Shown here: piece after piece, positions 9,255 through 19,156 of the stretch
How the letters are laid out: every line of letters starts with the position of its first letter
Position numbering within the stretch: the first letter of the stretch is position 1
Source of the DNA: Chloroflexota bacterium
Lineage (GTDB): Bacteria; Chloroflexota; UBA11872; VXOZ01
Direction of reading: 5' to 3'
Length of the DNA: 64,000 bases
Assembly: GCA_963662335.2 (NCBI GenBank)
Contig: CAXXVD010000001.1
Span: 256,001 to 320,000, forward strand
Made by a program: the position numbers and the translations under genes
Notes under the pieces: generated by a model
Told to the model about the DNA's origin: nothing
Database searches by the model: none
The model's input: only the letters and a program-made list of their open reading frames with translations

Positions 9255-10580
9255 CTAGCCGCTGCCGTTCCCTTCATTCGCCTCGGCGCCGCCTGCATCG
9301 GGTTCCGGGCGCGGCTCCTTGCGCACCAGCGCCTTCTTGATGCGCGTGCCTTCCACGGCGAGCACCGAAACCGTAATGCCGTCAAGCTGAATTTCGTCGC
9401 CTTCGTCCGCCATGCGGCCCAGTTGCGCGTAGATCACGCCGCCCAACGTATCCACCTCTTCGTTCTCCAGGCTGATGCCGAGCACGTCGTTGAGGTCGTT
9501 CATGCTAATCGCCGGGTCCACCACGGCCTCGAGTTCATTCACCACTTCCACCTGCGGCTCTTCGGCATCGTGTTCATCCTGGATCTCGCCCACGATCTCC
9601 TCCAGCACGTCCTCGATCGTCACCAGGCCGGCGACGCCGCCGAACTCGTCCACGCAGACCGCCGCGTGCACGCGCTTCTGCCGCATCTCTTGGAGGAAAT
9701 CGCTTAATTTCTTCGACTCCGGCACGAAGTAGGGCTCGCGCATCACATCCCGCACCAGGGTGTCCAGCCGGTTGGACTCCACGTAGGGCAGCACGTCCTT
9801 TATGTAGACCACACCCTTGATGGCGTCGATCGTCTCCTCGTAGACCGGAATGCGCGAGTAGCCGTGTTCTGAGGACGCGCGGATAGCGTCAACCAGCCTG
9901 CTGTCGCCCTCCAAGGCCACGATGTCTACGCGCGGAGACATGATCTCGCCCACCGTCAACTCGCCCAATTCGAAGACGCCGTGTATCATCTCGCGTTCGC
10001 CCTCTTCGATCACGCCCTCCTTGCCGCCGGCGTCCACCATCATCTTGATCTCTTCCTCCGTCACCGTGGGCACGGTGGTCAGCGCCTCCTGCCCAAAGCG
10101 GTGCGTGATCAGGTTGCTGGTACGCGAAATCAGCCAGACAAGCGGATAGAAGACCGACTGGATGACCCGTATGACCCGCGCCGAGAGAAGGGCAAAGCGT
10201 TCGGCGTGGGTGATGGCCATCGTCTTGGGCACGATCTCGCCCAGCACGATGCTGACGAAGGCGATGGCCAGGGTGATGAGAATGACGGCAATTACCTGGT
10301 TGCCAATGATTGCGCCCAGATCGTCCGCAAAGCTGACCGCGCCGATAGCGGAAGCGAGAAAGCCGACCGTCGTGATAGCGATTTGGATCGTCGTCAGGAA
10401 GCGCTCGATGTTCTGGTGAAAGCCGTGAACGATGCGCGCGTTGACGGAGCCGCCGTCCGCCAGTTGCTGGATGCGCGCGCGGCTCACGGATATGACCGAG
10501 GTTTCTGTCGCTGCAAAGAACCCGTTGAGAAGCGTTAGGATGAGAATGCCGAGAATCTGACCCCAACTTGACGGATCCAA
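9255..10580 (-). CDS. CNNM/TlyC hemolysin-family protein (DUF21 + 2 CBS + CorC_HlyC)
   Basis: NGFFAATETS, GEIVPK, YSRIPVY, DEFGGVAGLVTIEDVLEEIVGEIQDE. Confidence 0.92.
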   Translation of the reverse strand: MDPSSWGQILGILILTLLNGFFAATETSVISVSRARIQQLADGGSVNARIVHGFHQNIERFLTTIQIAITTVGFLASAIGAVSFADDLGAIIGNQVIAVILITLAIAFVSIVLGEIVPKTMAITHAERFALLSARVIRVIQSVFYPLVWLISRTSNLITHRFGQEALTTVPTVTEEEIKMMVDAGGKEGVIEEGEREMIHGVFELGELTVGEIMSPRVDIVALEGDSRLVDAIRASSEHGYSRIPVYEETIDAIKGVVYIKDVLPYVESNRLDTLVRDVMREPYFVPESKKLSDFLQEMRQKRVHAAVCVDEFGGVAGLVTIEDVLEEIVGEIQDEHDAEEPQVEVVNELEAVVDPAISMNDLNDVLGISLENEEVDTLGGVIYAQLGRMADEGDEIQLDGITVSVLAVEGTRIKKALVRKEPRPEPDAGGAEANEGNGSG

Positions 10581-10711
10581 AGTCGATTGCTCCTTACTAC
10601 GCTAACCGGACGCGCCGCGCGCGCCCGCCCTGCCTGCCGCCCTACCGCCGTCATCATACACGGAAGCGCCCATGAGATGCCCTTTGCGCGCCTCACGCGC
10701 CTTTCCGCATC

Positions 10712-12247
10712 TCATGTGCCTTGCCGCTCGTCCGTTCGGTTCTCTTCCCGCTTCTTGTTTGCCCGCGCGCCGCGCACCCGCGCCGGCACGCCGTAGGCCT
10801 TCGTTTCCGGCGGCACGTCCCGCGTGACCACCGCGCCGGCGCCCGTGAGCGCATTATCCCCCACCCGCACGGGCGCTACCAGCAACGTGCCGCTGCCAAT
10901 GAACGCGCCCGCGCCGATTTCGGTCTCATGTTTCGCCGCGCCGTCGTAGTTGCACGTGATCGTGCCCGCGCCGATATTCGCGCCGCTGCCAACGACCGCA
11001 TCGCCAAGGTAGCTTACGTGGTGTATCTTGGCGCCGGCGTGGACACGGGTGTTCTTGAGTTCCGCGTAGTTGCCTATTTCCACGTCCCGGCCCACCACGG
11101 TGCCCGGCCGCAGGTGGGCAAAGGGGCCGATGCGCACGTTCTCGCCTACCGCCACGCCTTCCAGCACGGACTCCATGACCGTAACGTTAGCCGCAAGCCG
11201 CGTATCCTGCAAGCGCGTACTGGGTCCTAGCGTACAGTTGTCCCCGACGTGGGTATCGCCGTAGAGGTGGCAATTCGGCAAAACCGTAACATCTTGCCCG
11301 AAAGTGACCGTATCGTCGATCCAGACGGTCGCCGGGTCGGCCAGGGTCACGCCGCGTCGCAGCGCCCGCGCGCGTATCCGCGCGCGCAGCACACCCTCCG
11401 CCCGCGCCATATCCCCGCGGTCCGCAACGTACAGCAACTCGCCGTCCCCGCCGGCAGGGCATACCGTCTCGATTGTGTCTCCCTCGGCAACCGCCAACGC
11501 GGTGAGAGTGGTGACAAAATCCTCACTATGCGCGACGAAATCTTCACCTTGCGCCAGGAAGGCGTCCCGATGCTCCCAAAGCCACGCGCGGGAAACGCAC
11601 ACCGCGCCGGGGCTTGCGGCCTCCGCCGCCGCACCCTGACCAGGCGCATCCGCCGCGGGGCCGCCGCACATTACGCCCTCACCCTGTACAGAAACGCCAA
11701 TTGGCGCTCCCTCTCCCTGGGGCGGGCCGCCAATCTTTACCCCCTCTCCCTGGGGAGAGGGCCGGGGTGAGGGGAAATCTCCACCGCGCCGTCCATCCTG
11801 CGCGTGGCCGTCAGCGTTTCGCCTGGAACTGTCCGGGGAGTGAGCGTTGAGCACAATAAGCGGACCGGACGTCTCTCGCTGCCGACGGACAAGCCGGGAG
11901 AGTGTTTCAGAAGTAAGGAGCGGCATAGCGCCGGAGACAATCAATACCGAACTCACGGTCTCCGGAATAGCGGAAAGAGCCGCCTCCAGCAGGCCCATGC
12001 TCGTCTCTGCCACACACACAGTTGCCGAAATAAGGCCATCGCGCAGAGCCGCCGCCTCAGGGGCGCAGGCCACCACCACCGGCGCGCAGCCGGCCGCGCG
12101 CGCCGACCGCGCCGGATAGTAGCCCAGGGGGCGGCCCGCCACCGGATGCAGGACGGCGGCGCGCCGCGACCGCATCCGCTCTCCCCGGCCGGCGGCCAGG
12201 ATGATGGCGGCAGAAGGTTGGTGAGGGTCTGGGTCGCTCTCTGTCAT
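10712..12247 (-). CDS. glmU: GlmU-like protein: intact acetyltransferase LbH domain, degenerate uridyltransferase domain with a repeat-derived insertion
   Basis: IILAAGRGERM N-terminus; IGPFAHLRPG, HHVSYLGDA, NIGAGTITCNYDG C-terminus; downstream of tRNA-Gln. Confidence 0.85.
   Translation of the reverse strand: MTESDPDPHQPSAAIILAAGRGERMRSRRAAVLHPVAGRPLGYYPARSARAAGCAPVVVACAPEAAALRDGLISATVCVAETSMGLLEAALSAIPETVSSVLIVSGAMPLLTSETLSRLVRRQRETSGPLIVLNAHSPDSSRRNADGHAQDGRRGGDFPSPRPSPQGEGVKIGGPPQGEGAPIGVSVQGEGVMCGGPAADAPGQGAAAEAASPGAVCVSRAWLWEHRDAFLAQGEDFVAHSEDFVTTLTALAVAEGDTIETVCPAGGDGELLYVADRGDMARAEGVLRARIRARALRRGVTLADPATVWIDDTVTFGQDVTVLPNCHLYGDTHVGDNCTLGPSTRLQDTRLAANVTVMESVLEGVAVGENVRIGPFAHLRPGTVVGRDVEIGNYAELKNTRVHAGAKIHHVSYLGDAVVGSGANIGAGTITCNYDGAAKHETEIGAGAFIGSGTLLVAPVRVGDNALTGAGAVVTRDVPPETKAYGVPARVRGARANKKREENRTDERQGT
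11676..11774 (-). repeat. CCCTCACCCC...CCCTCTCCC...GGGAGAGGG palindromic repeat plus two partial copies inside glmU
   Basis: Full copy at 11742-11774 (translated PSPRPSPQGEG); partial copies near 11709-11722 and 11676-11686 (PQGEG, VQGEG). Confidence 0.8.
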
Positions 12248-12375
12248 AGGTAATCAAGCAGCGCGGCTCACGCATCGGCGCCGCGGCCCACTCCGTGCCG
12301 CCAGGCGTTCCCGCCGGCTTGCGGACACAGCCCGCCTACCCTCTGCCTCCTTCAGCGCCGCACGCATTCCCGCGG

Positions 12376-12447
12376 CTGGGGCGGTAGGATTCGAACCTAC
12401 GAATGCGGGCTCCAAAGGCCCGTGCCTTACCGCTTGGCGACGCCCCA
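12376..12447 (-). tRNA. tRNA-Gln(TTG), CCA not encoded
   Basis: Reverse complement TGGGGCGTCGCCAAGCGGTAAGGCACGGGCCTTTGGAGCCCGCATTCGTAGGTTCGAATCCTACCGCCCCAG folds as a cloverleaf with anticodon TTG. Confidence 0.96.
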
Positions 12448-12710
12448 CCAAGTTCAATCTTAATCTGCGCACTAGAGGAGCGTCAAGTACCTTTCCAGTC
12501 AGGGTGCCATCTTGCCGGGGCACAACCCTACGAAATGAAGTAGGGCAATTTGCGCCTCTTGGCAATCTAATCGCTAACCAATTGCAAAAGGACTTGCGAC
12601 TAGGAGCAAGTTAACGACTGCTCTCGGAATGAGCCTAGTGATCCCAACCAGAGATGGCAGGCCAGTAGCGCGGCTAGAGTCCACCAGTACGGCCTTGCAA
12701 GCAAATGGGT

Positions 12711-13415
12711 CTATCTAATCGGACAACCCTTACTGCTAAACCAGTTGCCCACCACTTCATCTGTATGTCTGCAATACAACTTCACCAGACTATACATGTC
12801 CTGCAAATCGCTCGGGGCGCCAAGCGTGAGGCTTTCGCCGTGTGCAATCTTATTCCGTTGGTCTACCATTTGATTCACCATATTGACACAAGGCCTAAAG
12901 TTGCTCTTTAGACGGCTTCCCAACTCGCCTTCAAAGTTTTCGAAGCCAAACCGCCCAAAGAAACCCTTGATGTTGCTGTGGTCCGGTGTAGCAAAGTTAC
13001 CGACAAACATTTCAACTAGCAGTGGTTGCGAGAAGTGTGCGCTGCCATCCCAAATGTGAATGTCTCTTCTGACGAGATTCTCTATTTTGAGTGCCAGCCC
13101 CTCTTTGTCTGAGGTATTCTTGATCTCATTGATTATGTCACGAGAAAAGTAATACCTAAACTTCCGGGCAATCGAATTCTTAGGGATCGACCTTTCGGCA
13201 AGTTGAACTACCGCGATTCTCCCCAGAGCCTCTATGTAGCCCTCCAAATGGCTACACAGAAGTACAATGCCCGCTCTACTCAAGACATTTGTCCGAGTCA
13301 AATGGTCTCTAGGTCTCGGCCTCTGCCCATCTACCTCACGAGCCAAAGTCAAAATGGACTCGATCTCTTCCATACTGCGTATTAGATCGGAATAGGCAGA
13401 AGAATACCTGGCCAT
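12711..13415 (-). CDS. HEPN-domain protein (MAE_28990/MAE_18760 / RiboL-PSP-like)
   Basis: RAGIVLLCSHLEGYIE N-terminal helix and RNKIAH RxxxxH motif; AT-richer than its neighbours. Confidence 0.85.
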   Translation of the reverse strand: MARYSSAYSDLIRSMEEIESILTLAREVDGQRPRPRDHLTRTNVLSRAGIVLLCSHLEGYIEALGRIAVVQLAERSIPKNSIARKFRYYFSRDIINEIKNTSDKEGLALKIENLVRRDIHIWDGSAHFSQPLLVEMFVGNFATPDHSNIKGFFGRFGFENFEGELGSRLKSNFRPCVNMVNQMVDQRNKIAHGESLTLGAPSDLQDMYSLVKLYCRHTDEVVGNWFSSKGCPIR

Positions 13416-13422
13416 GACTCAA

Positions 13423-14520
13423 TTAGAATAAGCCTGAAGTGACTTTCTCTGACCAAAGTTCGAACCGCCGATTTGTCCTAGACTTGTGGTCGATGGATCG
13501 GGTAATCAGGTCTTCAAATTCAGCATTCCTAAGCAGGTCTACATACCTCTCGTAGAACCTCTCCCTCTGGTGTTCGACAACTTCAGAATCTACACGGGCG
13601 AGACTGTACATAGTTAGGTCCATCAAGGCTCTATTGATTACACTTCGACCATTTGAGGGCAGTCTACGAAAACACTCTTCAGGTCTAAAGACCAGAAGGC
13701 ACCTGTCTATAGTTTGCTTCCAAAGCTGGCCAAGACGCCCTATGTTATCAGGACTGTAATTGCGTCCAATACTTGCAGCGTCATTGAGCCAGTTTTTTTG
13801 TGGAGTTCTGTAGTTTCTTTGACCATGAATTTGAAATGCAAAGAAGCGCAGAATCAACTCCTGGTCCCTCATTCTCTTGTCTGGCTTCCCACGATTGAGA
13901 ATCTTAAGCCAAGCGGGATATTCCGCAAGTTCACCAAGTAGATCGATTAATGCACCCCGGGCAATGCTATTCCTCAGCTCTTGTGCATTAAGTGGCACAG
14001 TGTTTGAATTCAGCCTCTCGAATACCTCGAATCTGATATCAGGGTCTGAGTCATTGGTCACAATCACGCAACGCAGAGAATAAGTCTCAATCTTTCGTTG
14101 CAGAGTTTGAGGCAACTGAAAAAACCTCTTCTTGTTGTGCTCTGCTAGGACATCCAGGTCCGAGAGCGCAAACTCATTATTAACAAATCGGTAGATTGAA
14201 TAAATCCTCTGCTGGCCGTCGATTACGTCTAGCTTGTAGTCCTCATCCTGAGCAAAGTAGCAGGGCGGTATGGGTACGTTAATCAGAATGGATTCTATTA
14301 GCTTCGAAGCCATGTCATCTTCCCAAACATACCAGCGCTGTGATTCAGGTCTACCACTGAGCTGCCGAAGATGCACGGTTCCATCTTCAATCTGGTCCAT
14401 CAATGAGGTCACTACCAAATCGTACGGCTGTGTAAACAGCTTAGGGTTGGAGATTTGATCCCGCTGTGGATCACGTTCTTGCTCTTTCTTCTCATCTTCA
14501 AAAAGCCGAACTTCAGCCAT
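13423..14520 (-). CDS. DUF262 (GmrSD/ParB-like) protein
   Basis: QRWYVW, SKLIESILINVPIP, VIDGQQR, VFERLNS motifs; 7 nt upstream of the HEPN gene. Confidence 0.9.
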   Translation of the reverse strand: MAEVRLFEDEKKEQERDPQRDQISNPKLFTQPYDLVVTSLMDQIEDGTVHLRQLSGRPESQRWYVWEDDMASKLIESILINVPIPPCYFAQDEDYKLDVIDGQQRIYSIYRFVNNEFALSDLDVLAEHNKKRFFQLPQTLQRKIETYSLRCVIVTNDSDPDIRFEVFERLNSNTVPLNAQELRNSIARGALIDLLGELAEYPAWLKILNRGKPDKRMRDQELILRFFAFQIHGQRNYRTPQKNWLNDAASIGRNYSPDNIGRLGQLWKQTIDRCLLVFRPEECFRRLPSNGRSVINRALMDLTMYSLARVDSEVVEHQRERFYERYVDLLRNAEFEDLITRSIDHKSRTNRRFELWSEKVTSGLF

Positions 14521-14786
14521 TGTTATCCACTCTCTATCACTGGCGACTATCTGAGGTTCAAGTGTGCACGAATTCGTTATCCATTTGGGCCATTGTGTTC
14601 AAGCAAGTTCCCATTGTACATGAGCAACTCCACTAGCCTACTAGAACTCGCTCCAATTCACGCCAATTAGTGATAATACCGGCGAGTACCAAATGCCGGC
14701 ATCCAAGTCCTGATCCTTTGCTACCTGACTCAGTTGGCCCTATTGCGGCAACCAAAACCAACAAGCCAAGACCTGTCAATCTTGAT

Positions 14787-15860
14787 TCAGTTGATCACCA
14801 CCGCTTCTTGCCCGGCGATGCTGATCTGCTGCGCCACCGCGCCGGCAACTTCGCGGTAGACGGCGGCGATGGCCGAGTCGGGTTGGGTGGCGGCTATTGG
14901 TTTGCCGTTGTCGCCGCCTTCGCGAATAGCGACATTCAGGGGCACCTCGCCGAGGAAGGGCACGCCCATGGCTTCCGCCGCCTGGCGCGCGCCGCCGTGG
15001 CTGAAGATTTCCGTGCGTTTGTCGCAGTGGGGGCAGAGGAAGTAGCTCATGTTTTCCACGATGCCCAGGATCGGCACGCGCAGTTGTTGGAACATGCCGA
15101 TGGCCTTGCGGGCGTCGGACAGTGCCACGTCCTGCGGGGTGCAGACGATCACCGCGCCCGCGCCGGGGATGGACTGCGCCAGGCTCAGCGGCGCGTCGCC
15201 GGTGCCGGGCGGCAGGTCGACCACCAGGTAGTCGCGCTCGCCCCAGTGCACGTCGCCAAGGAACTGGGTGAGCAAGCGGTGGACGATCGGCCCGCGCCAG
15301 ATAATGGCCTGTTCCGGCTTGATCACGAATCCCGCCGACATAATCGTAATGCCGTACGCCTCGGCGGGAATCACCTTATTGCCCGCGCCGCGCAGTTGCG
15401 CCTGCGACCCCATCATCTGGGGCACGTTCGGGCCGTAGACGTCGGCATCCAGCAAGCCCACTTCCGCGCCGGACTGCGCCAAGGCGATTGCCAGGTTCAC
15501 GGCGGTGGTGGACTTGCCCACGCCGCCCTTGCCGCTGGCCACGAAGAGCACGTTCTTCACGTCGGTAAGGATGTCCGCTGATTCCGGCGCCATGCGCTTG
15601 GCCACCTCGGAGCGCGTGTCGATCGCCACGGCCTGCACGCCGGGCACCGCCAGCAGCGCCTTGCGGCACTCGTTCTCCAGGTGCTCTTTCATGGGGCAGG
15701 CGGGCGTGGTCAACACCAACTGAAACGCCGCCGTGCCCTTGTCAAACGTCATCTCCCGCACCATGTTCAGCGTGACGATGTCCTTGTGCAGATCGGGGTC
15801 CTGCACCACGCGCAGCGCGTCGACCAGGTCTTCGGTTCGGGGGGTCCCATTCGTTGCCAT
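14787..15860 (-). CDS. mrp: Mrp/ApbC (NBP35-family) Fe-S cluster carrier ATPase with N-terminal DUF59
   Basis: LTTPACP, ASGKGGVGKST, DADVYGP, WRGP, DLPPGTGD, ENMSYFLCPHC. Confidence 0.94.
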   Translation of the reverse strand: MATNGTPRTEDLVDALRVVQDPDLHKDIVTLNMVREMTFDKGTAAFQLVLTTPACPMKEHLENECRKALLAVPGVQAVAIDTRSEVAKRMAPESADILTDVKNVLFVASGKGGVGKSTTAVNLAIALAQSGAEVGLLDADVYGPNVPQMMGSQAQLRGAGNKVIPAEAYGITIMSAGFVIKPEQAIIWRGPIVHRLLTQFLGDVHWGERDYLVVDLPPGTGDAPLSLAQSIPGAGAVIVCTPQDVALSDARKAIGMFQQLRVPILGIVENMSYFLCPHCDKRTEIFSHGGARQAAEAMGVPFLGEVPLNVAIREGGDNGKPIAATQPDSAIAAVYREVAGAVAQQISIAGQEAVVIN

Positions 15861-16223
15861 GCCGTCTCACCTCTCTAGCGGCGTTGCGTTGCCTGCATTT
15901 CTACGACTGGCACGGGAAGAAGAGCCACTCGGGAGGGAGTCGCGCAGCGCGCATCCCTCCCGGTATTGCCGGCTCGCAACTACCGCGCTCCCATAACTTC
16001 AATTCTTGTAGTACTGTCCTTTCTCTACGGTAGCATGGCTGAAATCGCGGCGCAAAGGACTCTCTAGCCGTCACTTCTTAGTCGTGCGGGCGCGACACCG
16101 TGGGCATCGCATTCGATTTCGCGTCGTAGAGTACAATGGTTCTAAGCGAGGGCGACGCGCGGGGATAGATTTCGCGCGTGTTCTCGCGGCGCGGAAGTTC
16201 AAATACGTAAGGATAATGCATCT

Positions 16224-17489
16224 ATGTTCGAGAAGGCCACGTTGGAAAACGGTATGAGGGTTGTGACCGCCACACTGCCCCACACGCGCTCGGTATCGGT
16301 TATCCTGCTGGTGCGCGCCGGCTCGCGTTACGAACACGACCCCGAGGCCGGCATCGCCCACGTCTTCGAGCACATGCTCTTCAAGGGCAGCACGCGCTTT
16401 CCCACGGCGCAGATCGTCAGCGAGTCGATCGAGGGCGTCGGCGGTTCCATGAACGCCGCCACCGACAAGGAGACCGTGGACTACTGGTGCCGCGTGGCCC
16501 AGGACCATTACCCGCTGTCCATGGAATTGCTGGCCGACATCTTCCTGAACCCGCTGCTGGATCACGATGAACTCAAGCGCGAGCAAGGCGTAATCCTGGA
16601 AGAGTTGCGCATGTACCACGACGACCCCCGCAGTTGGGTGAGCATCCTGAGCGACCAGATTTGCTGGCCGGGGCATCCCCTGGGCCGGGACATCGGCGGC
16701 AGCCCGGAAACCGTCCAGGGCATTACGCCGGAGATGATCCACGACTACCGCGGCCGCATGTACAGTCCGCAGAACACGGTGCTGGCGGTGGCCGGCAACG
16801 TCACCCACGAGCAAGTGGCCGCCGACGCGGCGCGCCTCTACGGCGCGTGGACGAACGGCGCGCCGGCGGACTACGCGCCCTGGCAAGCGCCCGCGCCGCA
16901 GCCGCAGGCCGTCGGCGAAGGACGGGAATCGGTGGAACAGATGAGCCTGCTGCTCTCCTTCCCCGGCATCTCGATGTTCGATGAGGACCGCTACGCCTTG
17001 GGACTGCTCAATACCGTGCTGGGTGAAGGCATGAGTTCGCGTCTCTTCCTGGAGGTGCGCGAGAAGCGCGGCCTGGCGTACAGCGTCGGCTCGTTCCCGC
17101 ATTACCACCAGGATACCGGCCTCTTCACCGTCTACGGCGGCGTCGATCCCGACCACGCGCCGGACGCCCTGCGCTGCATCATGGACCAGATCGGCGGCCT
17201 GCGCGAACCCGTGCCGGAAACGGAAATGCGCAAGGCCAAGGAGTTCACCAAAGGCCACCTGCTGCTCCGCATGGAGAGCACCCAGAGCGTGGCCGGCTGG
17301 GGCGGCGCGCGCGAACTGCTGCACGGCGAACTCATCACGCCCGATGAGGCCGTAGCCCGCATCGAGGAGATAACGGCGGACGACATCCAGCGGGTCGCCG
17401 CGCGGCTCTTCACCGCCAACGCGGCCAAACTCGCCGTCATCGGCCCGCGCGATAGCAGCCAAGAACTCCTGCCGCTGGTGACCCAATAA
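16224..17489 (+). CDS. M16 family Zn peptidase
   Basis: AHVFEHMLFKG (HxxEH), GMSSRLFLEVREKRGLAYSV. Confidence 0.94.
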   Translation: MFEKATLENGMRVVTATLPHTRSVSVILLVRAGSRYEHDPEAGIAHVFEHMLFKGSTRFPTAQIVSESIEGVGGSMNAATDKETVDYWCRVAQDHYPLSMELLADIFLNPLLDHDELKREQGVILEELRMYHDDPRSWVSILSDQICWPGHPLGRDIGGSPETVQGITPEMIHDYRGRMYSPQNTVLAVAGNVTHEQVAADAARLYGAWTNGAPADYAPWQAPAPQPQAVGEGRESVEQMSLLLSFPGISMFDEDRYALGLLNTVLGEGMSSRLFLEVREKRGLAYSVGSFPHYHQDTGLFTVYGGVDPDHAPDALRCIMDQIGGLREPVPETEMRKAKEFTKGHLLLRMESTQSVAGWGGARELLHGELITPDEAVARIEEITADDIQRVAARLFTANAAKLAVIGPRDSSQELLPLVTQ

Positions 17490-17507
17490 GGCGCGAGTGA
17501 GGGTACC

Positions 17508-18020
17508 ATGCCTTCGAACGGAGAAGCACCCCTACCGCAACGGAACCACCCTCTTGGGCCGCTGCGCGCGTTGCCATACTTCCTGCTGCTCACGTGCGCC
17601 CTCCTGGCCGGCTGCCTGCCCGGCGGCGAAGACGACCGCCGCTTGGCGTTTGCAGGCGGCGTGCGTCTGGATAGCGAAGGGAGTGCGGAAATAACCATTG
17701 TGGCGCGCAACGTCAGCGACCGTCTGTTTGCCCAAGACGACCATCTCGACGGGCGCGGCGAGGTGTTCAACAGCGCCCAGCAATTGCTGGATCGATTCAC
17801 GCAAGAGTCCATTGCCAAACTCACCGCCGGTGAAGAAACCACAGTCGCCACCTGGCAGGGCGTCCTGGAACCGGACACATACGTCATGCGCTGGACGACG
17901 GCCCGTTACGGCGGCGTGGAATTGGAATTCACGCTGCTGAAGCGCTTTGGGGTGTTGGAAGTCAGCAACGTGCGGGAGCGGCAACTCGCGCCCGAGCCTG
18001 CCGCGCAGTCCCCCGGCTAA
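17508..18020 (+). CDS. Hypothetical lipoprotein
   Basis: Hydrophobic signal ending in lipobox LAGC; co-oriented 18 nt after the peptidase. Confidence 0.65.
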   Translation: MPSNGEAPLPQRNHPLGPLRALPYFLLLTCALLAGCLPGGEDDRRLAFAGGVRLDSEGSAEITIVARNVSDRLFAQDDHLDGRGEVFNSAQQLLDRFTQESIAKLTAGEETTVATWQGVLEPDTYVMRWTTARYGGVELEFTLLKRFGVLEVSNVRERQLAPEPAAQSPG

Positions 18021-18038
18021 GCGCGCAGCCGCTCACGC

Positions 18039-18863
18039 TCACCCCGGCTTGCGCGCCTTCAGCACCAGGCCGACGGAAGCGGTCTCAGTTGTGCGCGCCG
18101 GATTCGGGTCGTCGAACGCATACAGCAGCCGCCGCGCCCACGAGGAGAGGCGAGAGCCTTCCTCCGCACCGAACCGGTTGCATGACCCGCAGACTCCCCG
18201 CTCGACCAGGTTCTTGCCGATGCCGTAGAGGGCGAAGTGCGCAAACGGCAGGCAGCGCGGGGTGGTAAACCACACGTTCTCGACCGCAAACCCGGCAGCG
18301 CGCACCGCGTCCGTGAGTTCCGCAGCCGTGTAGAGCCGCACGTGGTCGGCCCAGATGCCGGCGAGCCACCAGATATGGGCGGGCACGTGCGCGCCAAAGG
18401 CGCGTTCCAGTATCCAGTTGAGCGGATCCCACAGAAATGGATACCGCCGGTGGGGCACCGAGATGAGGAGCAGCCCGTCGGCGCTGAGCACGCGGCTGAT
18501 TTCGCTGAGGGCGCGGTCGTCTTCCACGATGTGCTCCAGCACCTCGGAGCAGACGACGGCGTCGAACGCGCCCGCGGGAAAGGGCAGCGTGCGGGCGTCG
18601 GCGCGGGCGAAGTTCGCGGCCGGCGCCTGCGCCCGCGCTACCGCGAGATGAGCGGGGCTATAGTCCACGCCGACCACGGCGGCGCGCGGGTAGAGCGCGG
18701 CAATGGCCCGGGCGTAGAAGCCGCGGCCGCAGCCCACGTCGAGAATGCGGCCGGCCCCGGCCGCACGCACGTGGCGCAGGAGCAACGATGCCCGGCAGGC
18801 AAACGCCGGATCGATCTCGCGCGCTAGGAGAGCGGCAATATCCGCATCCAAAGAGGTCTTCAT
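18039..18863 (-). CDS. Class I SAM-dependent methyltransferase
   Basis: ILDVGCGRG, FDAVVCSEVLEHI motifs. Confidence 0.9.
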   Translation of the reverse strand: MKTSLDADIAALLAREIDPAFACRASLLLRHVRAAGAGRILDVGCGRGFYARAIAALYPRAAVVGVDYSPAHLAVARAQAPAANFARADARTLPFPAGAFDAVVCSEVLEHIVEDDRALSEISRVLSADGLLLISVPHRRYPFLWDPLNWILERAFGAHVPAHIWWLAGIWADHVRLYTAAELTDAVRAAGFAVENVWFTTPRCLPFAHFALYGIGKNLVERGVCGSCNRFGAEEGSRLSSWARRLLYAFDDPNPARTTETASVGLVLKARKPG

Positions 18864-19156
18864 GGTGAGATAGTGTGCACGATGCCGGCGAGCGGCGCTA
18901 GAGCGCGCACGAATGGGCGTGGGGTCGTTGCCGCTCTTGCGTGCGACGGTCTTTACGCGGTTCTTACCGGCGGTGACGCGGAACGAGAACCTGTCGAGAC
19001 CAGTCTACTCCACGTTACCCGCCGCGCGCTCACCGCGCGCGTTCCGCTGCCTTGATCCCCCGGCCGCGTCCCGCTGCGGCGGCGTTTCCTGCCGTGAAGA
19101 TGACACGGGCAAGCCAAAGACGTATCGTAGAGTGAGCGCGTCCGGCCGGAGCGATT

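Noticed and set aside
12376-14780. tRNA-targeted integrative element or prophage
   Set aside because: The cassette lies at the tRNA 5' side; no duplicated tRNA 3' end (att) and no integrase seen.
15900-16220. Riboswitch or ncRNA between mrp and the M16 peptidase (hairpin cgggaggga/tccctcccg)
   Set aside because: A single GC-rich hairpin with no recognisable aptamer consensus.
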